Assembly: GCA_037441965.1 (NCBI GenBank)
Contig: JBBIRD010000001.1
Location: 2,255 to 66,254 of the forward strand
Origin: Candidatus Moraniibacteriota bacterium
Lineage (GTDB): Bacteria > Patescibacteriota > Minisyncoccia > Moranbacterales > UBA1568
DNA length: 64,000 nucleotides
Direction of reading: 5' to 3'
Shown here: one piece after another, positions 39,479 through 52,656 of the stretch
Layout: each line of letters opens with the position of its first letter
Position numbering within the stretch: position 1 is the stretch's first letter
Position numbers and translations under genes: made by a program
Notes under the pieces: generated by a model
Told to the model about the DNA's origin: nothing
The model's database searches: none
The model's input: the letters and a program-made list of their open reading frames with translations, nothing else

Positions 39479-42016
39479 ATGGAACCAGAAAAAACATCGC
39501 TGAGACATTTTGCAGAGACGAAAAATTATTCGATGATGAATAATCGCCCAACATTTGTAAATAACAAATCAGAAGAACCATCAGTTGATCGACAGAATAA
39601 ATATCCGAAGACTGCAGATATATTAGATGGTATTATATCCGTTGCACTGATTGGTTTATTTTTTGGTCTCCCGCTTTTTTTTACTGGACTGACGTTTCAA
39701 GGTATTGCTTTTGAAAAGCAGATGTATTTTTATTTTTGGTTGCTCCTTGGGTTAGTTGCATGGTCATCGAAAGGAGTGATATTAGGAGAATTGAAGATCA
39801 GACGAACTCCTATCGATATCCCCATTCTTGTTTTTTGGGTCTTTTATGGAGTCGCTTCTTTTTTTTCGATAGATCGTTGGCATAGCTTCTTTGGATTTTT
39901 TGGAGATCCATCGCACGGTTTTATCTCAATAACCGCACTCATTCTTACTTTCTATTTCATCTTAAGTCATTTCACAATGAAACGCTTTCAGATGATGTTC
40001 TGGTCACTCGTTGTTTCTGGTTTTCTTGTTCTTTTCTGGAGTCTTTTTGCTTTGATGCAAATTCATTTTTTGCCAGCATCTTTTGAAAAGTATGCTCCTG
40101 TTAGTCTTCTTGGCACTTTATCGAACTTAGGAGTATTTCTTTCTCTTCTTCTCCCTCTTTTCATAACAGCACTTTTTTCCTTGTGGCAAGATTTTTCATT
40201 GAGAAAAACATATAGAAAAGTAGGAACAATCGCACTTCTTCTTGCACTTCTTTTGACGCTCTTTTTGATCCTCGCGCTGAACGCGTTTGCTTCTTGGATC
40301 GTGCTTCTTGGTGGATTTGGCTTCTTTTTAGTGTATATTTTAGCACAAATTGTTCGTCCAAATGAAAAATTTGTTTTTGTTCCGATGGTTACTTTTGTAT
40401 TGTTACTTGGGTTTTTGATGATAGCAAATTATCAATTAGGTTTAATAAAAATTGCACTTCCTCTCGAAGCTACTCCAGGCACCACTCTTTCGTGGAAAAT
40501 TACCAAAGAAAGTTTGAAAGAAAATTTCTTTATGGGTGCGGGGACGGCAAATTATAGTTATGTATTTTCACTTTTTTATCCAAAAGAATATAATCTGACT
40601 CCTTTGTATACAGTGCGTTTTTATCAAGGCACCGGTCTCTTTTTTGAGGCATTGGCAACTATCGGCGTGATTGGTACTATACTTTTTCTTCTCCTCTGGT
40701 TTTCGTTTTTCTCAATCGGTGTGTATCTTCTTTCGTATGAGAAACAGAAGAATAAATTGTATTCATTGGGGTTATGGTCTATGGTAGCGATGCTTTTTCT
40801 TGCGAGCTTCACCCTTGCTATAAACGGAGCTCTTCTCATCTTAGGTGTTCTTATTGCCACATTGGCTTTTGGTGTGGTGTTCTGTGAAAGTCATTCTGAG
40901 GAAAAATACATTCAATTATCACTCAAGGCGAGTCCAAAATTTGCTCTGACACTCGCATTTACTTTTATGGTAGTATCCGCTGGGGTTGCGTATCTCTTTG
41001 TGTTTATAGGAAAGGTATTTGTAGCAGATATCTCTATGGCAGAAGCTGTTCGTATTTCTGCAGAAAAGCCGGATACAGAATCTTTGTCAAGATTTGCTCG
41101 AGCGATTAGTTTGTATCCAGAAGAAGGGCGTTATTATATGCGATTAGCTCAAGAGTATGTGACACTCGCTAATAAAGAGGCGAGTAAACCTGAAAATGAA
41201 CGAAATATGGATGTAATGAAGAACTATGCAGAACAAGCTATTTTCGTAGGGGAAACAGGAAGAAGAAAAATGCCGAATGATATAGCACAAATAGAATCTT
41301 TGGGAATGATTTATGAAAATCTTGGTTTGTATGATAGTACGGTGCTACTGAAAGCCATAGACATCTATAAGCGAGCGCAAGAACTTGAGCCACAAGGTCC
41401 TCTCTATACAGTAAAATTAGGTCAAATAAAGAAATTGTTAGCCGATGCAAAAGCCGAAGGTGCAGAGAAAGAGAGTTTATATAATGAATCAAAAGATTTG
41501 TTTCAACAAGCAATTGATCAGAAGGTAGATTTTGCTGTTGCATATTATGATCTCGCCATTATTCTTTCTCGACTGAAAGATATAGATGGTGCGATAACAA
41601 ATGCAGAACAAGCAGTAGCTTTTGAAAAAACAAACTTGAATTATGGGTACAATCTCGGTGTTTTGTATCAAATTCGTAATAAAGATGATGATAAGAAACG
41701 GGCAGAAAAAATGTTTAAAGATATTTTGTCTGTCAATGAGAAATTGATTGATGTTCGATTGAGCCTTGGTTTATTGTATGAAGATATGAACAAGAAAGAT
41801 TTTGCTATCACAGAATATAATAAGATTTTAGATTATTTACCAAAAGAAAAGAACGAAAAGATTACACAGACAAAAGATCAGATAGAACAGATGATTACGA
41901 ATGTGAGAAACGGAAAAGGGAATATAAATGCAAATGGCGAGAAAGCACCAGAAAGCGTATCAGAGAATATACCTTATACCTCTCCGATTGGCGCTCCAGC
42001 GCCTGTCGGACAATAG
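39479..42016 (+). CDS. Polytopic membrane protein with C-terminal TPRs (O-antigen-ligase/oligosaccharyltransferase-like)
   Basis: About 13 TM segments; FMGAGTANY..F and LATIGVIG resemble Wzy_C; TPR helices at the C-terminus. Confidence 0.65.
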   Translation: MEPEKTSLRHFAETKNYSMMNNRPTFVNNKSEEPSVDRQNKYPKTADILDGIISVALIGLFFGLPLFFTGLTFQGIAFEKQMYFYFWLLLGLVAWSSKGVILGELKIRRTPIDIPILVFWVFYGVASFFSIDRWHSFFGFFGDPSHGFISITALILTFYFILSHFTMKRFQMMFWSLVVSGFLVLFWSLFALMQIHFLPASFEKYAPVSLLGTLSNLGVFLSLLLPLFITALFSLWQDFSLRKTYRKVGTIALLLALLLTLFLILALNAFASWIVLLGGFGFFLVYILAQIVRPNEKFVFVPMVTFVLLLGFLMIANYQLGLIKIALPLEATPGTTLSWKITKESLKENFFMGAGTANYSYVFSLFYPKEYNLTPLYTVRFYQGTGLFFEALATIGVIGTILFLLLWFSFFSIGVYLLSYEKQKNKLYSLGLWSMVAMLFLASFTLAINGALLILGVLIATLAFGVVFCESHSEEKYIQLSLKASPKFALTLAFTFMVVSAGVAYLFVFIGKVFVADISMAEAVRISAEKPDTESLSRFARAISLYPEEGRYYMRLAQEYVTLANKEASKPENERNMDVMKNYAEQAIFVGETGRRKMPNDIAQIESLGMIYENLGLYDSTVLLKAIDIYKRAQELEPQGPLYTVKLGQIKKLLADAKAEGAEKESLYNESKDLFQQAIDQKVDFAVAYYDLAIILSRLKDIDGAITNAEQAVAFEKTNLNYGYNLGVLYQIRNKDDDKKRAEKMFKDILSVNEKLIDVRLSLGLLYEDMNKKDFAITEYNKILDYLPKEKNEKITQTKDQIEQMITNVRNGKGNINANGEKAPESVSENIPYTSPIGAPAPVGQ

Positions 42017-42215
42017 AGAGTGTCATTCTCCAATAAGGATCATTTTTTTGTGATGATAATAGACTGCGGACACAGATTGATTCATACAATAAAAAACGAA
42101 GAAAAAGAAAGATTTTTTATATCTATTTTTCCTTTTAAATAAGCATAAAAAACAGATAAGAAGGATTTTTATAACAGGAAAAAAAATCATAGAAGAAGAG
42201 TCATTATATTGGGAC

Positions 42216-42244
42216 TTGACAGGTTCGAAACTACTCTGTAATAT
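42216..42244 (+). promoter_or_regulatory. rRNA (23S-5S) promoter
   Basis: TTGACA-17 bp-TAATAT about 375 nt upstream of the 23S gene. Confidence 0.65.
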
Positions 42245-42617
42245 AGAGAGTACGAATTGAGAAAGTGCTTTGCAGTACTTTTTTCTTTTCTCAAGAATAT
42301 TCTGTTGATTTTCCTGTCAAGTTATTTGTCAAACAGTTCTGAAGAAATATGTGTTTCTCTTTGTAATGAAGAGGTTCTACAAAGAGCAATATGTATTTCC
42401 GCAGAAGTGCCTTAACAACTTATGTCTTTTTCAAAAGAATCGAAGATTATATGGTAGCGGAAAGTGATCAGATTTTTTTGAGATAGTCTAAATAGAAAAG
42501 GTCAAGCAAATCATAACGAGAAAAAACAGTGCGTCGAATGAGCAAACATTCTTCACTGTTAACCGATTGTCCGTGAGCGTCTTTAGTTTCGATTAGAGCG
42601 TTTGCGGACAAGAGAAA

Positions 42618-45555
<2,938 letters not shown>

Positions 45556-45674
45556 TTTTCTAACCTTGTTTTCTTTTCGCAAGAAAAGAATCGAAGTTAC
45601 GGTTAGCAGTGAAGAGTGCTTGTTAAAAGGGGAATCTTATTCTATTATAGATAGACAAATTTGGAGGGGAATGT

Positions 45675-45785
45675 TTCCGGTGCTTCTAGCGTTGTGGACA
45701 CACCTGATCCCATACCGAACTCAGCAGTTAAGCACTTCAGCACCGATGGTAGCCTTTAGTGGCAAGAGTAGGACAGTGCCGGGAA
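45675..45785 (+). rRNA. rrf: 5S rRNA
   Basis: CACCTGATCCCATACCGAACTCAGCAGTTAAGC and GATGGTAG...GAGTAGG; terminal helix TTCCGG/CCGGGAA. Confidence 0.93.
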
Positions 45786-45930
45786 CATTCTTCTTCAAAT
45801 TCAAATATTTTTTCATATACAGTCTGAACAAGACTGTATTTTTGTTGTTATGTTTTTCAAATAAAAGTATGCTATAATAAAAAAACAGATGAATAAGGAT
45901 ATTTATAGGGTGTGTTGATTTTTTTATATT

Positions 45931-46764
45931 ATGTTAAGAAAAACGAAACAATTTTTTATCAGTTTTATTATTTTTTTACTAGCCGTATTACTTGGCATTA
46001 TAGTGTATTATGGTTTTGTTAAGGAAAAAGAAACTTGTTTTGACAAGAAACAAAACCAGAATGAAAAAGGCATAGATTGTGGCGGTGTATGTTCTCTTGC
46101 TTGTCCAGAAATTGTGACTGGTGAAGATCTTCAGATAAAAGAATCGCGTTTTATTGTCAGTGGAAAAAATACATACGATATTCTTGCAAAAGTCTTTAAT
46201 CCAAATGGTGAGATAGGGGCAGTTTCTTTTTCATATACAGCTGTTCTTGAAGGCGCAGAGAAACAAGTGCTTGCATCTCGTGTCGGTATGGGTTATATTC
46301 TTCCATTTGAAAATAAATATATTCTTGAGTTTAATCTTGAATCAAATACTGTCCCTGCGAATGTTTCAATACATATCGATAATATAGAATGGGAGCGTTT
46401 CTCTCATTATCAAGAAAGACCAGCTGTAAATGTTTACCAAAAGAATTACAATATACTCCAATCGAGTGCTATTTTTAGTGAGGCAACTGGTCTTGTATCA
46501 AATGAAAGTCCATACGATTTTCGTTCTGTTATTGTTCAAGTTATTCTTCGTGATAAAGATGATATCCCTCTTGCTATAAACTCAACAGTGATGAACACTT
46601 TGCGTGCAAATGAAAATAGAGATTTTAGACTGACTTGGCCAACATTTTTCCCTGGCACAGTGGAAGACATCGAAACGGTTATTGATGCAGATGTGTATCA
46701 TTCGGATAATTTTATCAATCAGTATACCAACGAAAAAACAAAATTTTCCACACCTCTCAGGTAA
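45931..46764 (+). CDS. Membrane-anchored hypothetical protein with a CFD..QNQNE.GIDCGG.C motif
   Basis: N-terminal TM, Cys/Asp-rich motif, then beta-rich domains. Confidence 0.75.
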   Translation: MLRKTKQFFISFIIFLLAVLLGIIVYYGFVKEKETCFDKKQNQNEKGIDCGGVCSLACPEIVTGEDLQIKESRFIVSGKNTYDILAKVFNPNGEIGAVSFSYTAVLEGAEKQVLASRVGMGYILPFENKYILEFNLESNTVPANVSIHIDNIEWERFSHYQERPAVNVYQKNYNILQSSAIFSEATGLVSNESPYDFRSVIVQVILRDKDDIPLAINSTVMNTLRANENRDFRLTWPTFFPGTVEDIETVIDADVYHSDNFINQYTNEKTKFSTPLR

Positions 46765-46811
46765 ATAATTTTTTTTCTACGAATATTTTTTGTCTTTTTT
46801 AATGTTTTTTT

Positions 46812-47930
46812 GTGTTTCGAATATTTTTTAAAATAGATTTTATATTGATTTTGGCTATTGCCTTGCTTTTAGGAGTGAGTTTGTCGACACTCTATAGTCT
46901 CTCGAGTATTTCTGGTGTTGATTATTTTTTTAAGCAATGCATCTTTGTGATATTTGGTATCGTAGTGATGTTTTTTGTGGCAATACTGGATTATAGGCAT
47001 ATGAAGAAATATAGCACCCCACTTTATTTTTTGATGCTTTTTGTTCTATTTTCCGTACTTTTTTTAGGAAGAACTGTCAATGGAACAGCAGGATGGATAT
47101 CATTTGGTTTTTTTCAGGTTCAACCAGTAGAGATTTCTAAAGTAATACTCATTGTTTTTTTAGCAAGTTTTATCGCTCAAAAGAAATCAGAGTTAGGGGA
47201 ATGGGCAAGAATTATCGCTTCATTTATTTTGTCAATTATTCTCATATTTCTTGTATTGAAACAGCCAGATCTTGGATCAAGTCTTGTATTGGGTGCTATA
47301 TGGATGAGTATGATTCTTGCTTCAGGATTACATTTCAAGCATTTCTTTGTTCTCTTTCTGTTAGGAACGATGCTTATTCTTGGGAGTTGGTCTGTTTTGG
47401 CAGATTATCAGAAAGATCGTATTGATACATTTCTTCATCCAGAACTTGATCCTCGTGGGAGTGGCTACAATGTTCTTCAAGCCATTGTTGCTGTTGGATC
47501 AGGAGGGATAACAGGTAAAGGTATTGGAAATGGTTCACAATCTCAGTTAAATTTCTTGCCCGAGAAACACACGGACTTTATATTTGCTGTTATTTCTGAG
47601 GAATTAGGGCTTGTTGGTGGATTTTTTGTTGTTATGGTATACGGAGTAACTTTATATCGCATTAAACGTATTGGTGAATTGGCGAGTGATAACTTTGGTT
47701 ATCTTGTCTCGGTTGGAGTTTTTACCATGTTTTTTACTCAAATTGTTATCAATATCGGTATGAATATCGGACTGATGCCGGTAACAGGTATCCCAGCACC
47801 GTTTTTGAGTTATGGAGGCAGTTCATTAGTGGCTACTTTTTTTGCTATAGGACTACTTCTGAATGTATACCAGAAAAAACAAGATGAACACGATCTTCAT
47901 ATTTCTCTTGAAAGAAGTTTTCTTGAATAA
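46812..47930 (+). CDS. rodA: Rod shape-determining protein RodA (SEDS family)
   Basis: QPVEISK, QPDLG, LPEKHTDFIF and PFLSYGGSS. Confidence 0.9.
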   Translation: MFRIFFKIDFILILAIALLLGVSLSTLYSLSSISGVDYFFKQCIFVIFGIVVMFFVAILDYRHMKKYSTPLYFLMLFVLFSVLFLGRTVNGTAGWISFGFFQVQPVEISKVILIVFLASFIAQKKSELGEWARIIASFILSIILIFLVLKQPDLGSSLVLGAIWMSMILASGLHFKHFFVLFLLGTMLILGSWSVLADYQKDRIDTFLHPELDPRGSGYNVLQAIVAVGSGGITGKGIGNGSQSQLNFLPEKHTDFIFAVISEELGLVGGFFVVMVYGVTLYRIKRIGELASDNFGYLVSVGVFTMFFTQIVINIGMNIGLMPVTGIPAPFLSYGGSSLVATFFAIGLLLNVYQKKQDEHDLHISLERSFLE

Positions 47931-47991
47931 TTTTTTTATACTCAAATGTTTTCATAGAGCCTTTTTTCATTATTTTTTCATATTTTACAAA

Positions 47992-48020
47992 TTGACGAGA
48001 TGTCGTTTCTTTGCTACACT
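47992..48020 (+). promoter_or_regulatory. Sigma70-type promoter for secG
   Basis: TTGACG-17 bp-TACACT with TG extension. Confidence 0.55.
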
Positions 48021-48106
48021 AGAAAAGCTTAACAGAGCATTATTTTTTCTCTTTTTGATATCGTTTCATAAGGAAAAATAATTTTTTATTTTTTGATCGA
48101 CATATT

Positions 48107-48331
48107 ATGAGGGTATTCCTTATTGCTCAGGCCATTGTTGCTCTTTTATTGATTGTTTCTATTCTTCTTCAAAATCGTGGCTCTGGTTTGGGAGGAACTT
48201 TTGGTGGTGATTTTGGTGGATATTACACAAAAAGAGGAATGGAGAAGTTTCTGTTGTATGCGACTATTTTTTTTGCGGTTATTTTCTTTGTGCTTTCCAT
48301 AGTCAATGTATGGAAGCCTCTTAACTCCTAA
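48107..48331 (+). CDS. secG: Preprotein translocase subunit SecG
   Basis: ILLQNRGSGLGGTFGG and RGMEKFL; two TM helices. Confidence 0.93.
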   Translation: MRVFLIAQAIVALLLIVSILLQNRGSGLGGTFGGDFGGYYTKRGMEKFLLYATIFFAVIFFVLSIVNVWKPLNS

Positions 48332-48376
48332 TATACGCGTATTCGTATTCTAGAATCCATTGCTATCCTGAGAAAA

Positions 48377-50050
48377 ATGAATCCGATCCATATTTTTCAG
48401 GTTCTGAAAATAAGAGACAAAATTATTGTTTCCTTTTTTTTAGCTATTCTATTTATAGCAACAGTTTTTTGGATAGGTGCTTTTTATGTTGTTTCTACCG
48501 TCCCTGTTCCAAAATCTGGCGGTGAGTATACTGAAGGTATTGTTGGTCAGCCGAGATATATTAATCCTATTCTTTCTCAAACCAGTGAAGCAGATGCTGA
48601 TCTTGTTGAGCTTGTTTATAGCGGATTATTTGATTATGATAACGAAGGTCATTTAGTAAAACGTCTTGCAAGTGATTATTCTCTTTCTGAAGATCACAAA
48701 GTGTATACGGTCACTTTGAAACAGGGGGTGCTATTTCACGATGGAGAAGAACTCACTGCTGATGATGTTGTGTATACCATTCAGTCAATTCAGAACCCTG
48801 CTTACAAAAGTCCGTTACGAGCATCATGGCAATCTGTAACAGTAGAAGCAATAGATACATACACTGTTTCTTTTTCTTTACAAAAACCATATTTTGAATT
48901 CTTGGATAATTTGACGGTAGGTATTCTTCCGAAACATATTTGGCAAAATGTTGCTCCTGAAAACTTCTTTTTGGCTGATTATAACCTCTCGCCTATCGGT
49001 AGTGGACCATATAGTTTTTTTGATATGGACAAAGATTCGAGTGGAAACATTCTTTCTTATGAACTTCATCCTTGGAAAAATTATTTTGAAGGGTCAGCAT
49101 ATATATCAAAAATCATTTTCCGATTTTATGAAAATGAATCAAGTCTTGTTGATGCTTATAAAAGAAAAGAAGTTATTGCTATTCACTCGCTTACTCCGCA
49201 GAATGCAGAAAAATTGCAGGATCAGAAAAGTACGCGTGTCTATAGTCTTCACATCCCGCGTATTTTTGGAGTATTTTTTAATATAACAAAGAGTGTTCCG
49301 CTAGCACATAGTGAAGTCCGTCAAGCTCTACAATATGCAACAGAGAGAGAAGAACTGATTAACACCGTTCTTAATGGTAAAGGACAGCCGGTCTTTTTTG
49401 GGCTGACTTCATTTATGACGGGGTATAGAAATCCTGATGAAGCGACTATCTTTAATATTGAAAAGGCAAATGCTTTACTTGATGAAAATGGTTGGGTGCG
49501 CGGTGAAGATGGTATTCGATCAAAACAAGGAACAGTACTTGAGATAAGCCTTTCTGTTCCTTTTGAATGGATGGGTCTTTTGGAAACCGCAGAACTTTTG
49601 AAAGAACAATGGGAGAAGATAGGTGTGCGAGTGAATATACAAAAAGTATCCTCTGCTGATTTGCAACAGAGTGTGACACGCCCGCGTGAATATGAGGCTG
49701 TGTTGATTGGCGTGGCATCGATGATAAATGCTGATTTGTACTCTTTTTGGCATTCGAGTCAGAAGCGTGATCCAGGACTTAATCTTGCTCTTTTTGATAA
49801 TAAAGAAATGGATGATATGCTTGTATCTCTTCGAGAAGAGTTTGATACAGAGAAACAACAAGAAAAATATCAGTCTTTCCAAGAGATTTTACAGAAAGAA
49901 AATCCGGCACTTTTTCTCTATACAGCTGATTATTTGTATGTTGCTAACAATACTGTACAAGGAATACATATTCAAAATGTCAATAAAACAGCTTCTCATT
50001 TGAATATGATAAAAGAATGGTATATGAACACCAAGCGTGTCAAGAAATAG
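48377..50050 (+). CDS. ABC transporter substrate-binding protein, family 5 (peptide/nickel)
   Basis: FHDGEELTADDVVYT, PIGSGPY and VRQAL. Confidence 0.88.
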   Translation: MNPIHIFQVLKIRDKIIVSFFLAILFIATVFWIGAFYVVSTVPVPKSGGEYTEGIVGQPRYINPILSQTSEADADLVELVYSGLFDYDNEGHLVKRLASDYSLSEDHKVYTVTLKQGVLFHDGEELTADDVVYTIQSIQNPAYKSPLRASWQSVTVEAIDTYTVSFSLQKPYFEFLDNLTVGILPKHIWQNVAPENFFLADYNLSPIGSGPYSFFDMDKDSSGNILSYELHPWKNYFEGSAYISKIIFRFYENESSLVDAYKRKEVIAIHSLTPQNAEKLQDQKSTRVYSLHIPRIFGVFFNITKSVPLAHSEVRQALQYATEREELINTVLNGKGQPVFFGLTSFMTGYRNPDEATIFNIEKANALLDENGWVRGEDGIRSKQGTVLEISLSVPFEWMGLLETAELLKEQWEKIGVRVNIQKVSSADLQQSVTRPREYEAVLIGVASMINADLYSFWHSSQKRDPGLNLALFDNKEMDDMLVSLREEFDTEKQQEKYQSFQEILQKENPALFLYTADYLYVANNTVQGIHIQNVNKTASHLNMIKEWYMNTKRVKK

Positions 50051-50135
50051 TTTTTGATGTATGATGAGAAAAGATGATTGTGCACAGAAGATGCACCTTT
50101 TATAAAAAATAATACATAATAAACACAATAAGAAT

Positions 50136-51173
50136 ATGCTTCATCCACTTGATACATTCAATTTTCGTCAGATGATTATTGACAGCCCTCTTCAGTTTCA
50201 AGCAGGATTCGACCTTGCAAAAGATGTCCATATTCCAGGGACATTTACATCGATTATGATCTCAGGAATGGGAGGATCAGCACTGCCTGCTGATATTTTT
50301 CGCACATACTTGAATGATGAATTTTTACGATCGAAAAAAGATCCAAGCCAAGAATCACCTCTTGCTGTGTATCAAAATCGTTCATATACTCTGCCGAAAG
50401 AAGCTTTTAAGAATTGTCTCAATTTTATTTGTTCATATTCAGGAAACACTGAAGAAACCATAGCTTCTTTTGAGGAAGCTCTTGCAAATCATCTGCCGTG
50501 TATTGGTCTTTCGAGTGGGGGAAAGATTGAAGAGATGTGTAAAGAAAATAATGTTCCGCATATCAAACTTCCAATTCCATTTTCTGGTTTTCAACCTCGT
50601 GTTGGTACAGGATATTTTTTTAGTGCTATGCTCCAAGTATTGATCAATCAGGGCTTAGTGCGTGATACTACCGAAGAAATCCTTTTGGAAGGAGAAGTAA
50701 TGAAAGAACAAATAGCTTCTATTGAAGAAAAAGGAAAACAGCTCTCTCTCAAAGTATCCGGGAAAACACCCGTGATTTATTCAGTGCCAAATTATCAGTC
50801 TGTGGCTATGATTTGGAAAATTAAATTTAATGAGAATGCTAAAACACCAGCCTTTTTTAACGTTTTTCCAGAAATGAATCACAATGAGATGGTAGGATGG
50901 ACATTACCACAAGGAAAATTTTTCGTTTTTATGCTGAAGGATACTCTTTCACATCCACGAATTTTGAAACGCTTTGAAATTACCGCTGATCTTCTTCGTG
51001 AGAAAGGTGTAGAAGTTTTACTTCTCGATATGATAGGAGAAAGCGTTTTTCAGAAAATATTTTTAAGTATTCTCCTTGCAGATTTTACATCTTATTATCT
51101 TGCTCTCGAATATGGACAAAATCCTACTCCGGTAGATATGGTAGAATCTCTGAAGAAACTTTTGGTTGCATAA
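50136..51173 (+). CDS. Bifunctional phosphoglucose/phosphomannose isomerase (SIS fold)
   Basis: GMGGS, SYSGNTEET, NENAK and PEMNHNE. Confidence 0.9.
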   Translation: MLHPLDTFNFRQMIIDSPLQFQAGFDLAKDVHIPGTFTSIMISGMGGSALPADIFRTYLNDEFLRSKKDPSQESPLAVYQNRSYTLPKEAFKNCLNFICSYSGNTEETIASFEEALANHLPCIGLSSGGKIEEMCKENNVPHIKLPIPFSGFQPRVGTGYFFSAMLQVLINQGLVRDTTEEILLEGEVMKEQIASIEEKGKQLSLKVSGKTPVIYSVPNYQSVAMIWKIKFNENAKTPAFFNVFPEMNHNEMVGWTLPQGKFFVFMLKDTLSHPRILKRFEITADLLREKGVEVLLLDMIGESVFQKIFLSILLADFTSYYLALEYGQNPTPVDMVESLKKLLVA

Positions 51174-51192
51174 TTTGAAAAAATGAAATGCT

Positions 51193-52224
51193 ATGTATAG
51201 TGTTATTCTGTGCGGCGGATCTGGGACACGTCTTTGGCCAATGAGTCGAAAAAATCTTCCAAAACAATTTTTGAAATTATACGAGGACAAATCTCTTTTA
51301 CAGGGAACATTTGACCGTATCCATAAATTACTTCCATCCGATCATATTTTTTTCATTACGAATAAAGATAGCGTAGTGTATGTTTTGAATCAGATTCGAA
51401 AAATAGATAGGAAATTTTCTGAGAAGAATATCATCGTCGAACCGTTTGCTCGTAATACGGCTCCTGCTATGGCGCTTGCGATGAAGTATTTGAAAGAAAA
51501 AATAAAGATTGATCCATTAGAAAAAGTATTGTTCCTTCCATCTGACCATTATATCGGCAATGAGAAAGTATATCTTGATGTGATGCGTGTGATTGCTGAA
51601 ACGAAAGAAGATGTTATTGGTACTATTGGAATTGTTCCCACGAAACCAGAAACAGGATATGGTTATATTCGTCGTGGAAAGAGATCAACACAACACATAT
51701 TTCCTGTTCTTGAATTCAAAGAGAAACCAGATTTGAAAACAGCAAAGAAATATCTCGCATCAGGGAAATATCTGTGGAACTCTGGGATGTATTTTTTTTC
51801 TATGAAAACATTTTTTTCGGAATTTGAGATATATGCTCCTGAGATAGCGCATTTTTTTGATCTTCCATACGCGAAAGTACTTCAGAAATACAAGTCGATC
51901 CCATCAGTATCTATCGATTATGCGCTTTCGGAAAAATCGAAAAAGGTAGGTATGATTGTAGGGGATTTTGGTTGGAGTGATATTGGATCATTTGATAGTT
52001 TGGCAGATATTTTTGGAAATAATTCTGCAGTGAGGCATATTGATATCGATTCAAAAAATGTTTTTACATATAGTACGAAGAATAGACTCATTACAACTAT
52101 TGGCGTGGAAGATTTGATTATCGTAGAAACAGAAGGGAGTATTCTCGTTTGTAAAAGAGGTCGTGCCGAAGATGTCAAGAAAATTGTGGAAAAACTCAAA
52201 GAAAGTGAGCCGGGAGAATTATAG
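51193..52224 (+). CDS. manC: Mannose-1-phosphate guanylyltransferase
   Basis: GGSGTRLWPMSR..PKQFL, RNTAPA, FKEKP, WNSG and WSDIGS. Confidence 0.92.
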   Translation: MYSVILCGGSGTRLWPMSRKNLPKQFLKLYEDKSLLQGTFDRIHKLLPSDHIFFITNKDSVVYVLNQIRKIDRKFSEKNIIVEPFARNTAPAMALAMKYLKEKIKIDPLEKVLFLPSDHYIGNEKVYLDVMRVIAETKEDVIGTIGIVPTKPETGYGYIRRGKRSTQHIFPVLEFKEKPDLKTAKKYLASGKYLWNSGMYFFSMKTFFSEFEIYAPEIAHFFDLPYAKVLQKYKSIPSVSIDYALSEKSKKVGMIVGDFGWSDIGSFDSLADIFGNNSAVRHIDIDSKNVFTYSTKNRLITTIGVEDLIIVETEGSILVCKRGRAEDVKKIVEKLKESEPGEL

Positions 52225-52233
52225 AGTGTATGT

Positions 52234-52262
52234 TTGACAAGAAGAATAATGTATGCTACAAT
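52234..52262 (+). promoter_or_regulatory. Sigma70-type promoter for tRNA-Leu(CAG)
   Basis: TTGACA-17 bp-TACAAT with TG extension. Confidence 0.7.
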
Positions 52263-52399
52263 GAAGAACTGAGAAATCTGAACATATATCAGATTCTATT
52301 TTTCTTCTCTGCTGTATAGAGCGATAGTATAGATCATTTTTTGCTTTTATAAAAGCATTTTTTCTTCTTTCAAAAGAGATAAAGAAAAAGAAAGAAAAT

Positions 52400-52483
52400 G
52401 CCTTGGTGGCGGAATTGGTAGACGCACTAGCTTCAGGTGCTAGCGCTCGCAAGAGCATGGGAGTTCGAGTCTCCCCTAAGGCA
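52400..52483 (+). tRNA. tRNA-Leu(CAG), CCA not encoded
   Basis: GCCTTGG/CTAAGGC acceptor stem; CTAGC-TTCAGGT-GCTAG anticodon arm; long variable arm; TTCGA T-loop. Confidence 0.96.
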
Positions 52484-52656
52484 CAACGTAAACATAATAC
52501 TCTTCTTTATGAAGAGGATTCATCTTTCGTCATTTAATTCATTTTTCTTCGTGATTAAAAATGCACAAGAAAAAATAATCAGTATTTCAAATATTTTTTT
52601 CATCGTACAACTTTTGAGATAAAAGTGAGAAAGATATTTTGAAAGGAATAAAAAAT

